Shown: one piece after another, positions 53,800 through 64,000 of the stretch
How the letters are laid out: each line of letters starts with the position of its first letter
How positions within the stretch are numbered: position 1 is the first letter of the stretch
Source of the DNA: Vicugna vicugna
Taxonomy: Eukaryota
Length of the DNA: 64,000 nt
NCBI GenBank assembly: GCA_013265495.1
Contig: MU061334.1
Coordinates: 745,557-809,556, forward strand
Direction: 5' to 3'
Notes under the pieces: generated by a model
Told to the model about the DNA's origin: nothing
Database searches by the model: none
The model's input: only the letters and a program-made list of their open reading frames with translations
Position numbers and translations under genes: made by a program

Positions 53800-54460
53800 G
53801 AGCTTGCTCAAGGTCGCAGAGGAGTGGGTAGCGGAGCCCAGGCGGACCGGCACCTCATCGCTGATCAGGAGCGTTATTTGGCGGCCAGTTTCGCCTGGGC
53901 CAGGCCCCGCCTCCTCCGAGGAGCCTCCCTGGCGCCCCAGGCTGGTGAGTGTGGGCCGGAACTCAGAACAGCCTTTGCCAGCCTTGTGCCCTCTGGGCTT
54001 CAGCCCAGAGAGGGTGCGGGGCTGCCCAAGGTCACACAGCCCTGGGAACAGAGGCCGTGGCTGCCGCCACCAGGTCCCCATGAGTGTGCGGTGGGTAGGG
54101 GGTGTTGGGGGTCCCCGCGCTCACCTGGCTCATCCCGCGGCCTCGGGGAGCATCGCCCCGGCCGGGCCGGAGCCAGGCCGGGCTGCCGCAGGGAGGCGCC
54201 TCCCGAGTCACAGCCGATCCGGTCCCACCACCGCGTCCTCCGCGCCCGCCGTCTCCGCCCCGCCTCCCTGGAATTCGGATCCGGCCCGGATGGGTAGGCG
54301 GGGCTGAGCGCTCTTAAAGGGGCCACGCTGTTCCCGGGCTGGCAGGGCGGGTTGGGGAGGGACTGGAGTCTCCTGATTAGGGGGCGGGCCTGGGACTGAC
54401 TCAGCCCAGCCCTGGGCGGAGGCGGGACCAGAGTCCCCAGGCGACCCTACCAGCCCAGAC
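53800..54460 (-). promoter_or_regulatory. GAS2L1: CpG island / GAS2L1 promoter and probable non-coding exon 1 (donor after 54125)
   Basis: CpG-dense; - strand donor ccag|gtgagc at 54125/54124; TATA-like TTTAAGA 54312-18, GC box GGGGCGGG 54381, AP-1 TGACTCA 54397-403. Confidence 0.7.
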
Positions 54461-57400
54461 ATCCCATCTCACCCATGCTAGTTCCCTGGGTCCCTTCCAC
54501 CGTCCTTGGTCTCCTGGGAAGCAGTTTGGGTGTTTTTAGTTATACCCCTTCCCCAGATAATGGACTCCCTGGGTGAGCCCTGCGGCCTGTCTCCAAGACA
54601 ACTCAGGAAGCGATAGGGGCAGGGGCTGCAAAGTCACCTCCGGTGGAGTAGACCTCCTTAGGTCAGATAAATGAGGCGGGCTTCCTACCCCCAGGGCTGG
54701 CCTTGGGAGGGGAAGATGGCTCTGTTACCCCCACTCAGCGACTGGCTCCTCATCGAATGCGCTTTGTTAACCCTGACCTTAGGGGAACTTGTTTCTTAGA
54801 TGAGGACACTGAGGCTCAGAACGGTAGGTGGGTAGCTAAGGCCCATGAGTCTGTTGCTGCAGCCCCAGCTGTGGTAGGGAAGGGCCAGTCCTGGACCACC
54901 TCTGGCTGTCCAGGTTGGGCACAGAATAAAGGCAGAGGAGGATGGGCGGCAGCCTGGCTCTGGAGGGTTAAGAAGAGCTTGTTTCTTTTTAAACTGCAGA
55001 GGAGGGATCTGGCCCTGGCTGGGACCAGCAGGGAAATCCTGCCCCCAGCTGTGGCTGGGCGGGGCGCCAGGCCTGGCTAGGTAGCGGCCTTGCTGGCCAG
55101 GTGGGCAGGGCTGCTTGAGGGGAAGCACCACCACCAAAGGTCAATGCTAAGAACTTTAATAAAGCCCCTACTGTGTGTCAGCCCTGCTATGCGCCCTTGA
55201 CCTGAAGAAACCAATGGGTCACCTCTATGAGGGACACTTCTTATGCCCAAACTTGGGCTCAGTCAGAAGAGTAGCTGGTGGAGCCGAGATTTAAACAATT
55301 ACCCTCGTTTGAGGATCAGGGGCATTTGTTGAGGACCTACTGTGTGCCTGACCTCCTGGTGCCAGGCTGTTTATGTACATCATCTGGACTAAGTCCTCAT
55401 GACCTTTCAAAAGATGGGCTCTCTCTCTGATACCCAGCTGGTGCAGATCCCACTCTACCTTTCCTCCAGCCCCTCCCCCGTGCAGAGCAAGGAAGGCCAG
55501 CAACTAAAAGTAGTAATAGTTGCGGAATAGTAAGAAATTTAATTCTCAAAATAATCCTATGTGAGAGGATTTGTGTGTGTGTTCTTTTACAATTTAGGGA
55601 AACTGAGGCCCAGAGAGGGCAAGGGATGTGCGTGGTTAGCAGCTGTGTGGGAATCTGACTCTTACTCATGTCTACCTAGACACAGGAGAGGTCAGACTGA
55701 ACCTAAGCCCTGCTGTTGGTCATTGGTTGAGACAGTTAAGCTCTCTAAGCCTCAGCTGGACCATCTGCAAAATGGGGCAACAGTGGTAGTTTCATTATAG
55801 AATTGTGAAAATGTTATTACTTAGCCCAGTGCAGCCAGAGCTGTGTCCACTACTCCTCTGAGGAGGTGGTGATGGGGTGTGTGTGTTGGGGGGGACTTTT
55901 TCCTCTCCACCTCCATCACAGAGGCCCACTGCTCACCAGATACGTCAACATTCTGATTCTAGGACACGTGGCAGGTGTGGTGCCCACCAGTGTGGCCAGA
56001 CCCACAGCCCAGGCCATGGAGGGCCTTGGTTTCAACTCCCTCTGTCATATGGGGACCTCTCCTCTTCCTTGCAGGACCAAGGGGAGCACAGACACCACTA
56101 GAGGGATGAGAGTTTTGGGCTATGGTTGTCCTGAGCCCAGACCCCAGAGGGCCACCTCTGAGTCCAGAAGGCTGTTGCTCGCCCGCAGGCTTGGGCTGGC
56201 CCTTGGACAGCGAGCGCATGGTTGGGTTTTGGGCCCCCGCTGCTGGGTGCTGGGGAGCAGCAGCCTACTGGCCTTGGTTGCAGCTGGAGCTTGGATGATT
56301 CAAGCAAAGCTCTCACTGGCAGGCCCGAGCCCTGGCACCAGGCAACTCAGTCCTGGCTGGGTGCACCTGATGCTCTCCAGGCTAGACTGACCTGTGAGCA
56401 CAGCCCAGGATGAGTGAGTCACCCGCAGGGGACTTCAGGCTGCTCCGTGCAGATGTGTGTCCAACCATGGCGACTGCTTCTGCCCTGGCTGTGGGGTGAG
56501 TGACCCCAAGCTTCCCTGAGCTGTCTCCTGTGTCCTCCATGAGGGAGAAGCAAGATCAGAAAGCCCAGGAAGGCCTGCTTTCCAACCAGCCATCACGCTT
56601 TGTCTCCCTGCTTGCCCTGCACCTGGCAACTCTGTCAGGAGGGGGCAGGATGGGGAAGCTTGAGAGTCAGTGGTTGGCCCCTGGGAGGCCTGGTGTCTGG
56701 CCTTGTCATTGCACTGTCCTTGGGCCACGATCCTTTCTGTGGAGCAGGTGAGCCAGTCCCTGCGGGCCTTTGTCCACACGTGGGGCAGAGATCAGTCTCC
56801 CACTGACCACGACCTTTGCCTGGGCCTGCGGGGTGTGGCCCTGGGGGACCATGAGTGTGAATGACCAGGAACACTTGAGGGGTTGGAGCACAGTGTGGAA
56901 CCGGATTCCCAGCACTCCCACCCCATCCCTGGGCTTCTTTGAGACAGGGCTTGGAACCCGTGCTGCCTGGGGGCATCTGAGGTGAGTCCAGACGTTTTTT
57001 GGCTGAGGAACTGGTCTGCCTGATATCAACACCTCCACCCTAGGCCCGGGCACCTGGGACCTAAACCCTTCTCTAGGCAGGGACGCGAGGCCGCTCTTGG
57101 GCGGCCTCAAGCTCCAGGCAGATGGGCAGTGCCTGTCGCACGTGGTGGTTGTCCCTGCAGTCCAGTGAGGGCTGCTTGTAGTTCCCTTGCAGTGGCTGCA
57201 GGCTGGGGAGGTAGCTGATCAGTACCCATTGCTGCTAGGTCCCCCAGCTTTTAGGCAACAAGATACTCTTGTGGAGGGAAAAGTAGGGGAGCGTCTCATC
57301 TCAGGGGGCTGCCTTCAGCTCTCGCCCCATCCTCCCACGATGGCAAGATCTGCCTTCTCACCTGAGCAACAGGGGCATATGCTCCACCTACAGGAGTGGT

Positions 57401-58735
57401 TAGGAATTGGATGTGTTGAGGCAGTGCTTGGCTAGACACAGGGGCCCAGGGATGTTTTGGTTATTGACGTTTTTGGTTATGTTTGGGCCTCAGGGCTGTG
57501 AACTCTGGCTCTGATGCCTGTCAAGGCTGAGGTGGGGGCATCCTTGGCCCCATGGCAGGACTGCAGGGAAGAGAGCAGAGCAGGGCAGCTCAGGTCACAG
57601 GGGCCTGAGGGAGGCCTGCTCTCATGGGGACTCATGGGTCTTGGCCAGCGTGGTAGAAGCCCCTGGAAGGTTTCAAGAATGGCAGGGACTTAAGGTGTCA
57701 AAAATTCAGCCTCTGGGGTGGAAGGGCTAGAGGGGCCTAGGGAACCAGGGAGCCCAGCCAGTGTGGAGGTGGGTGGCGTGGTGTCTCTTGGGCTGTGCTG
57801 TATTTTGTAGCACGTGATGGTTTAGGTTGGGGTCTGAGAGAACGGGAGTCAAGACTCCAAGGTTCTGGACAAGGGGACAAGCACTTCATTTGCTGAGATG
57901 GGGTGGAGGAAGGGGTAGGGCAGGATCCAGCCCAGCTTTAGGCCCACTGGACCCCCAGGAGGAGCTGGCACCTGGGAGGAAGGTGTGATGTCAGCAGCAC
58001 AGTTGGCCGGAGGTCAGCCAGGCAGTGAGGGGGTCAGAGGAGCCCCAACACCAGCCTGGGCCCCCCCCCACTTCATTTAAAGGTCAGGAAGAGGAGGAGG
58101 GCAGCAGAAGCCAGAGAGCTCAGAAGGAACCATCACTGATCTGGTACGCGGAGGTCGTTACTGTTGCAGTAGAGGCAAAAGCCTGATTAGAAATGGGCTC
58201 TAGAAAGGGAGAGGAGGTGGACACAGAGGAACCTCTTTAAAGAGTTTCAAAATTCAGTGAACAGCCTAACTCCGTAACATCAAGGAAGCACCAATAACCT
58301 GAGTAGGAAGAAAATTATAAAAATGGCCCCCCATCTTTAGCCGTCAGTCACTGAGGCAGGCCTGCCTTGTTCTGCAGTGTGTGGAGCCTCACGTGCCCCC
58401 AGCCCCGCCGCTGCCGGGAGGGGCATTCACAAAGGGCCTTCGGAGGGCTCCCAGCCCGAGACCCCAGCACAGTGCTCCCGACAGCAAATCAGAGGCCTGG
58501 GCTACAACGTCCCCATGCTCTGAGACACGGCTCGGGGCGAACCCCCTTTCCTTGCCGGCGGCAGCACCGCGTCTAGCACTGCGCTGTCTGGTCCTGACGG
58601 CCCTGATTCCCCGCACACTCCCCACCACGGCGCCTGAGCCAGCAGCGACCTGGGTGGAGGGGGAGGCTCCGAGGAGACGAGCAGCGGCTGCGGAACAGAG
58701 GCTGAGAAGGATGACTGTTTATAAACATTTGGAAT

Positions 58736-58741
58736 TTTATT
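58736..58741 (-). terminator. EWSR1: EWSR1 polyadenylation signal AATAAA
   Basis: tttatt on +, at the end of a U-rich 3'UTR about 320 nt after the stop. Confidence 0.85.
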
Positions 58742-58894
58742 TAAAAAAAAAAATCACAACCATGAACATTGTTACAGTTAGAGGCCCTCTTGGTTCTCCA
58801 CAATGATACTGAGCATGCTCACAAGGGGTTCCCATTGTTTAGTCTTAAACAACCATCTTTAAAAGGAAAAAAAAAAAAAAAATAAAAAAATTAC

Positions 58895-59042
58895 NNNNNN
58901 NNNNNNNNNNNNNNNNNNNNNNNNNNNNNNNNNNNNNNNNNNNNNNNNNNNNNNNNNNNNNNNNNNNNNNNNNNNNNNNNNNNNNNNNNNNNNNNNNNNN
59001 NNNNNNNNNNNNNNNNNNNNNNNNNNNNNNNNNNNNNNNNNN
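58895..59042. other. Assembly gap (148 N) in the EWSR1 3'UTR
   Basis: Run of n. Confidence 0.99.
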
Positions 59043-59055
59043 GTGGGGTCTGCGT

Positions 59056-59095
59056 CTAGTAGGGCCGGTCTCTGCGCTCCTGGCGGTGCTCTCCT
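59056..59095 (-). CDS. EWSR1: EWSR1 last coding exon (PY-NLS)
   Basis: ctgcag|a; [15 protein letters not shown]. Confidence 0.95.
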
Positions 59096-62000
59096 CTGCA
59101 GGGCAGAAAGGAGAAGGGGTTAAGGTGTTAACCTGGGGAGAGGGAAGGAAGCCCTCTGGCAGCCCCGAGCCCAGCCTCCTGCCTCCTCTTCCCAGAGCTG
59201 GTCAGACCCGTTCACAGATAGGAAGGGGCCACATCCCACCTCCACAGCTGGTTTTCACCACCACGTACTTATCCATTTTTCCAGGTCCTCCACGCCCGCC
59301 TCTTCTTCCTCCCATTTGTTCCATCAAAGGTCCAGGGGGTCCCCCAAGGCCACCTCGTCTTCCTCCACNNNNNNNNNNNNNNNNNNNNNNNNNNNNNNNN
59401 NNNNNNNNNNNNNNNNNNNNNNNNNNNNNNNNNNNNNNNNNNNNNNNNNNNNNNNNNNNNNNNNNNNNNNNNNNNNNNNNNNNNNNNNNNNNNNNNNNNN
59501 NNNNNNNNCCACGGTCACCACCTAAGGTAAGGGGAAGAACAGGAGAGGACAATCAGCGCCAATATAAAATGGGTGATGCAGAGGCCCCCCCAGGATCTGT
59601 GTCTTCTCTCAGAGCAGAAACAGGTCCTTGGCTCACCCCAGCACCTGGGTCACAATTTAGAACTGATGATGGAACTACAGCTGGCTCTCAAACAACACAG
59701 GTTTGAATGCGAGTCCACTTAAACTTTGATATTTTCTCACTAAATAGGAACTACAGCACTACACAATTGGCGGTTACAGAGGGGAGGGCTGACTATTCAG
59801 ACTGCACAGAGAGAGGGTCAGCACCCCAACCCCCATGTCAAACAGTGTGACTTAAAAAGACCGAGTCAGGGGTGCCCTTGCTAAAACTACCAACCTGGTT
59901 CTTGGCCACGGGCACCTGCAATTCACTTACTAAGCCCACCAAGTTAACGGAAGAGGCTTAATACCAAGAAGAGGAGGGTACCTACCCGGAGGTGGGAAAG
60001 GTGGTGGAAGGAAGCCTTCAGGCTTTGGGGCCTTACACTGGTTGCACTCTGTTCTCCAGGCGAAGTTCTGGTTTCCACACCCCCTGCACAGTTGCATCAC
60101 AACAAAAATCACTTACTGAACTAAGAAAGTTGAGTAAGCACAGGCACCACCTGAGCAGACAGCCTGCGCACCACCACCACCACCACCACCGGCACCTGGG
60201 TCACACACCACTAAGGGCTCTGTCCACAGAAGGTGGCTTCCAAGCCACAGCCTCTGGCAGCAACACACCACAGGACCAGCATTTGTTCCAGTAAAATGTC
60301 TGGACCACCATGTACGTGTGGACCTGTGACCTCCTGAAGGCTCTGAAGCAGCTGGGGAAGGTCTGATTAGGCCACCTGCTCCGTAACAGAGCAATCATTA
60401 TGCTCCTCCAGACAAAAAGAATCCAGCAGGCCTCTCCAGGGAGGGAACGGGCTGAGATGCAGGCACCTTCATTAGTAGGCTATCGATCTGCCAGAAGTAC
60501 ATACGGATTGGGGCACTGCCAGTCTCCAGCTCGGTGCTGGACGTTTCCTCCTCCAGATGGGTTCCCTCGAGAACCACGGGGCCCTCTTGGTGGGAAGCCT
60601 CCTCTGTCTCCTCCACGGCCTCCCATGCGACCCATGGGTCCCCCAGGACCTCCTGGGCCCCCTGGACCTGAAATAAAAGGACAAATTACCTCTTTACAAC
60701 ACCAGATGTGCTACAGGATGTATGAATCAAAGGGACTCAGAAGAGATCACAGCCATTGCTGCCCCATCACTGGGCCCATTCCTCCCCCAGGCCCAAGGGC
60801 TCTGTCCTTAACTGCAATCAGCTCCACGACTTTATCATACAGACCGAGTGATCAAAGCAGAATGAATAAACAGCAGGCCCTGGGCTGACTCCCAGGCAGC
60901 ATGGCTCCCGCCTCCCTGACCCCTCCTCTTGTTCTCTTCCTTTCACTCCCAACTTTGTTGTCAGCACTGATAGTCTACTACACACCTTTTCAGTATTTCT
61001 AACGGGCTTGCCTTCACTAGAAACAGAAATCAACTTTCTCAAAGGTAAGTGTACTAAAAGACCTCTTAAAGCAACAGAGGCAGCCCAGAGAAAGCGTCCA
61101 GTTATTACCTCCCCGGAGTGGTGGCGGCGGCATCCCTCTGCCCTCGCGGGGTGGCATTCCACCTCGCATGCTGTTCATTGGAGGCTTCTTACGAGCAAGA
61201 GAAACTTTAAGTTTGCTCCCTTGAAAATCTTTCCCTGGAACAAGGTAAGAGAACATTAATTACTCTCGACCTCCAATTCCTAGTCCCCTTGAGGGATCAG
61301 GCAGTAGACAATTCCTCTTTCACCAAGCCCGCCCAGTTATCAGACCCAATCGTTCCCACTGCATCAGTGTGCTCGCCCGTGATCTTCCCTCGGATTCTTA
61401 CTGGCAAGGCCAAGAAAGCCTTTCATTAAAAGAACCAAAAAAAAAAAAAAAGGAACAAACCAGGGTGAGAAGCAGGGACAGCAGAGCACAAGGTGGCCAA
61501 GAGGGGAGGAGAGCCAGAACCCGACAGTTTCAAGTTGGTTTTATGTGAAGTGAAATTCCAAGATCAATGTTAATGTAAATGCATATAAATTGCACTTACA
61601 TGCACCTAGATACATGTAAATGTATATGGCTCAGATGGCTGTGGGGTTTTTGCACCTTCTGGTATCATTGCTTAGGAAAGCACTAACAACTTTAGCAAGG
61701 TGGATCTGAACAACCATGACTGAAAATAAGGGATCTCTTAATCCAGGGTTAGCAAAGAGGTCCTAATATGGCTGAGGGGAGCCAGGTGAGCAGCTTCCCA
61801 ACAGGCATCCAGAGCAGACACAGGGTCTTCTTGCTCCTACGACTCTCGTTCCTCCTCCCTGCCACGCCCTATGGCCACACGGGGAGAACTATCTGTCCCT
61901 GGTCCCTAGAACCACTTCAGAGGACGACATTCTAAAAGCCAAAATTAATACATTAGAGCAAGATCCTTTCTTTACCTACAAGTTGTCACATGCAACACTT

Positions 62001-62216
62001 GCCACCAGACCTGCCCCCCCGTGTGCCCCAGGGGAGGCAGAGCTGAGAAGGCCAGGAGCCCGCCCTTGTCGACCCAGCGTCCCTACCATCAAACCACTCC
62101 ACGGCAGCCTTGGCGGTGGGAGGGTCTTCATAGGACACCGTAGCATCACCTTTGGGCTTTCCTGTTTCCTTGTCCAAGTAGATGTGGATCATGGGTTGTC
62201 CGGTCCTCTTGTTCAT
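59056..62216 (-). CDS. EWSR1: RNA-binding protein EWS, 3' part (last six exons: RRM C-terminal half, RGG, RanBP2-type zinc finger, RGG, PY-NLS); continues beyond the window
   Basis: Exons 62087-62216, 61109-61234, 60505-60667, 59986-60083, 59269-59521 (contains N gap) and 59056-59095 total 810 nt in frame. Motifs [24 protein letters not shown] and [15 protein letters not shown]. Confidence 0.96.
59269..59521 (-). CDS. EWSR1: EWSR1 penultimate exon (RGG3; 59369-59508 is N)
   Basis: ccttag|gt ggt gac cgt; ...[32 protein letters not shown]; aa|gtacgt. Confidence 0.9.
59369..59508. other. Assembly gap (140 N) in the EWSR1 RGG3 exon
   Basis: Run of n. Confidence 0.99.
59986..60083 (-). CDS. EWSR1: EWSR1 exon (zinc finger)
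   Basis: gtgcag|g; [32 protein letters not shown]; g|gtaggt. Confidence 0.96.
60505..60667 (-). CDS. EWSR1: EWSR1 exon (RGG2 / zinc finger start)
   Basis: tttcag|gt; [23 protein letters not shown]...[10 protein letters not shown]; cc|gtatgt. Confidence 0.95.
61109..61234 (-). CDS. EWSR1: EWSR1 exon (RRM end / RGG2)
   Basis: ttccag|gg; [41 protein letters not shown]; g|gtaata. Confidence 0.96.
62087..62216 (-). CDS. EWSR1: EWSR1 exon (RRM)
   Basis: [43 protein letters not shown]; g|gtaggg. Confidence 0.96.
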
Positions 62217-62879
62217 CTAGGCGTAAAATAACGGAGTTAAGCTGTGACAAGAATATACTAGTTTTCAGGAAAAAATCCATGTGGAATTCAGCAAAGTCCT
62301 TGATACTGTCAAAAGCAGCAATTTTCCAGACACACAGAAGGATGTTAATTTATCTGAGTAGTGGAATTATGGGTGACTTATTTCCTAAATTGCTATGACA
62401 AATACGCACTTACATGACTTTTTCCTCTTAAGATGTGTTTTATCATAAAGACCCAAACAGGCCCAAAGTCCCCAACTGTGTGAACAGTACAGGTCCCATT
62501 CCTTCCCCAGCCATCTTTTCCTGTCCTTACACCTGTCCCAACACCCCGTGTGACACACTAACAGGCACCCAGTGAGCAGCCACCTCTCAGGACGCAGACA
62601 GGCTTTGATGCCATCACATTAGACATGTCTCACAAAGTAAAAACTACCCTTAAACCGTTAAGTACAACATACAGAATGTAGTGTGCTAGAAGGATTCTCG
62701 ATTATTTCAAGTTCAGCACAGCCAGTATTTCCTCCAGAGATAGAACGGATGACTAGTTTTTCAGCTCAACACCAGATCCAAGTGCCTTGAATTCAGTAGC
62801 CACATTTGTTTATATATCTAGTGATACTTAACAGTATCTAATTCATAGGGCTAAAAAAAGGTAACAGTTACTTATATAC

Positions 62880-63875
62880 ACAGGCCCATCCTAACACCTT
62901 GGTATTCATAAAGGATACATGAACTGAAAGGAAATGTGGCAAAACAGTGATGTGGATGATAGGATATGTATTTTTTTCTTTCATTTTACCAAATTTTGAT
63001 AGTAAACATTACTTTAACTAGGAAAAAATCCCACATACTGAATAAATAGCATAATATAAATCACAAGTAGAGAGAAAAATGTCCTTATATGATTTAAGTA
63101 TTACCGAAATCAACTATTTCTATATACTGGATCAGAAAATGCTATTCAAAACAGATCACTAACTGAAAAGTAAATCTAAAAATAAAACTAATAAAGATCT
63201 GCAGAACTTTTAAGGAGATGGTCTTTACCAAAGATCTAATAAATGGAGAAATATGATGTTAATGGTGGGGGAGGGAAGACTACTTAGTATTATACAGATG
63301 TCAATTTCTTATAGATTCAGTAAACATCCATTTGGGTTTTTTTTTTTAAGGAACTTCATACCACTGGAGAAAAGGTGGATCTTTTAAAAGATGTTGCCAG
63401 ACTAAAACGGTCTCGCAAATAGATAAAAAGACACAAACTAGTAAGGAAATGACTGATGAGTTCAACTACATTAAAATTAAGAACTCCTATTATTCAAAAG
63501 AAAATGAATAAAAAAGCCTCAAACTGGGAGACTTGCATTTGCAACAACAAGGATCAGCATTCAGACAGTACAGAGAATTACACTTAAATCAACAAATGAC
63601 AAACCTCCCAACGAAAAGCGAGTATAAGACACAAATAGGCATTTCAAAGACAGCATGCCATCAGAGTATCATTATTAACAAGCAGGGAAAAGCAAATTAA
63701 AACACACTTCCACATTCTTCTACCAGACTTGTGAAAGTTTAAAAAAAAAGTCAGGGGATGCCCAGGAGTGGTGAGGCTGTGGTGGGAGTACTGTCCGAGT
63801 ACTGGCAGGACCAGCTGTTCTGCAAGGTTAAAAGCGTACACACCTTAAGAACGAGCAGTTCTACACCTGGGTACA
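62880..63875 (+). mobile_element. Ancient L1M ORF2/3' remnant in an EWSR1 intron
   Basis: A-rich; aaagatctaataaatggagaaat, acattaaaattaagaact and gcaaattaaaacacac are degenerate L1 motifs. Confidence 0.6.
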
Positions 63876-63877
63876 AT

Positions 63878-64000
63878 CAGGTCTCATTATTCATGGATTC
63901 AGTCATCTGCAAATTTGCCTACTGGTCAAAATTTATTTCTAACTCCAAAATCAACACTTGTGGCACTTTTAGTGGTTATCTGCGGACATGCACCGAGCAT
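63878..64000. mobile_element. TcMar-Tigger (Tigger4-like) terminus
   Basis: tcattattcatggattc...gcaaatttgcctact...aaaatttattt...ccaaaatcaa...gcggacatgc. Confidence 0.7.

Noticed and set aside
60170-60190. (ACC)7 microsatellite in an EWSR1 intron, read as poly-His in the ORF track
   Set aside because: It is an intronic simple repeat and is not coding.
1-64000. CRISPR arrays, rRNA or tRNA genes, prokaryotic, viral or NUMT insertions, processed pseudogenes
   Set aside because: I saw no regularly spaced repeats, intact RNA genes or intronless gene copies. The window reads as ordinary mammalian genes plus old repeats.

Overview
Mammalian genomic DNA, probably camelid (inferred from short tRNA-Ala-derived Vic-1-type SINEs). 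It is syntenic with the human 22q12 block AP1B1-RASL10A-GAS2L1-EWSR1. I built the gene models by hand from GT/AG sites and reading phase. AP1B1 (+): 22 coding exons at 7241-36637, 2850 nt = 949 aa, including 21-nt and 9-nt frame-preserving microexons that the ORF track misses; its first exon is not in the window. An intronic box C/D snoRNA (SNORD125) lies at about 32248-32335 with a 14-nt guide complementary to 18S rRNA. RASL10A (+): 3 exons, 203 aa. GAS2L1 (-): 5 coding exons, 682-aa long form or 337-aa form by last-intron retention. EWSR1 (-): last six exons, with two N gaps. The rest is intron or intergenic DNA with MIR, L2, L1M, DNA-transposon and LTR relics. There is no CRISPR array, prokaryotic system or supportable new protein-coding gene; most ORF-track entries are GC-rich shadows. 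The best candidates for undescribed biology are (1) a uORF / AUGA-coupled overlapping uORF cassette in the RASL10A leader, (2) the cis-architecture around the two AP1B1 microexons, (3) the unusual position and box layout of SNORD125, (4) a CTCF-like motif inside an AP1B1 coding exon, and (5) tightly packed gene ends. Statements about human orthologues and repeat families are from memory and need database confirmation.
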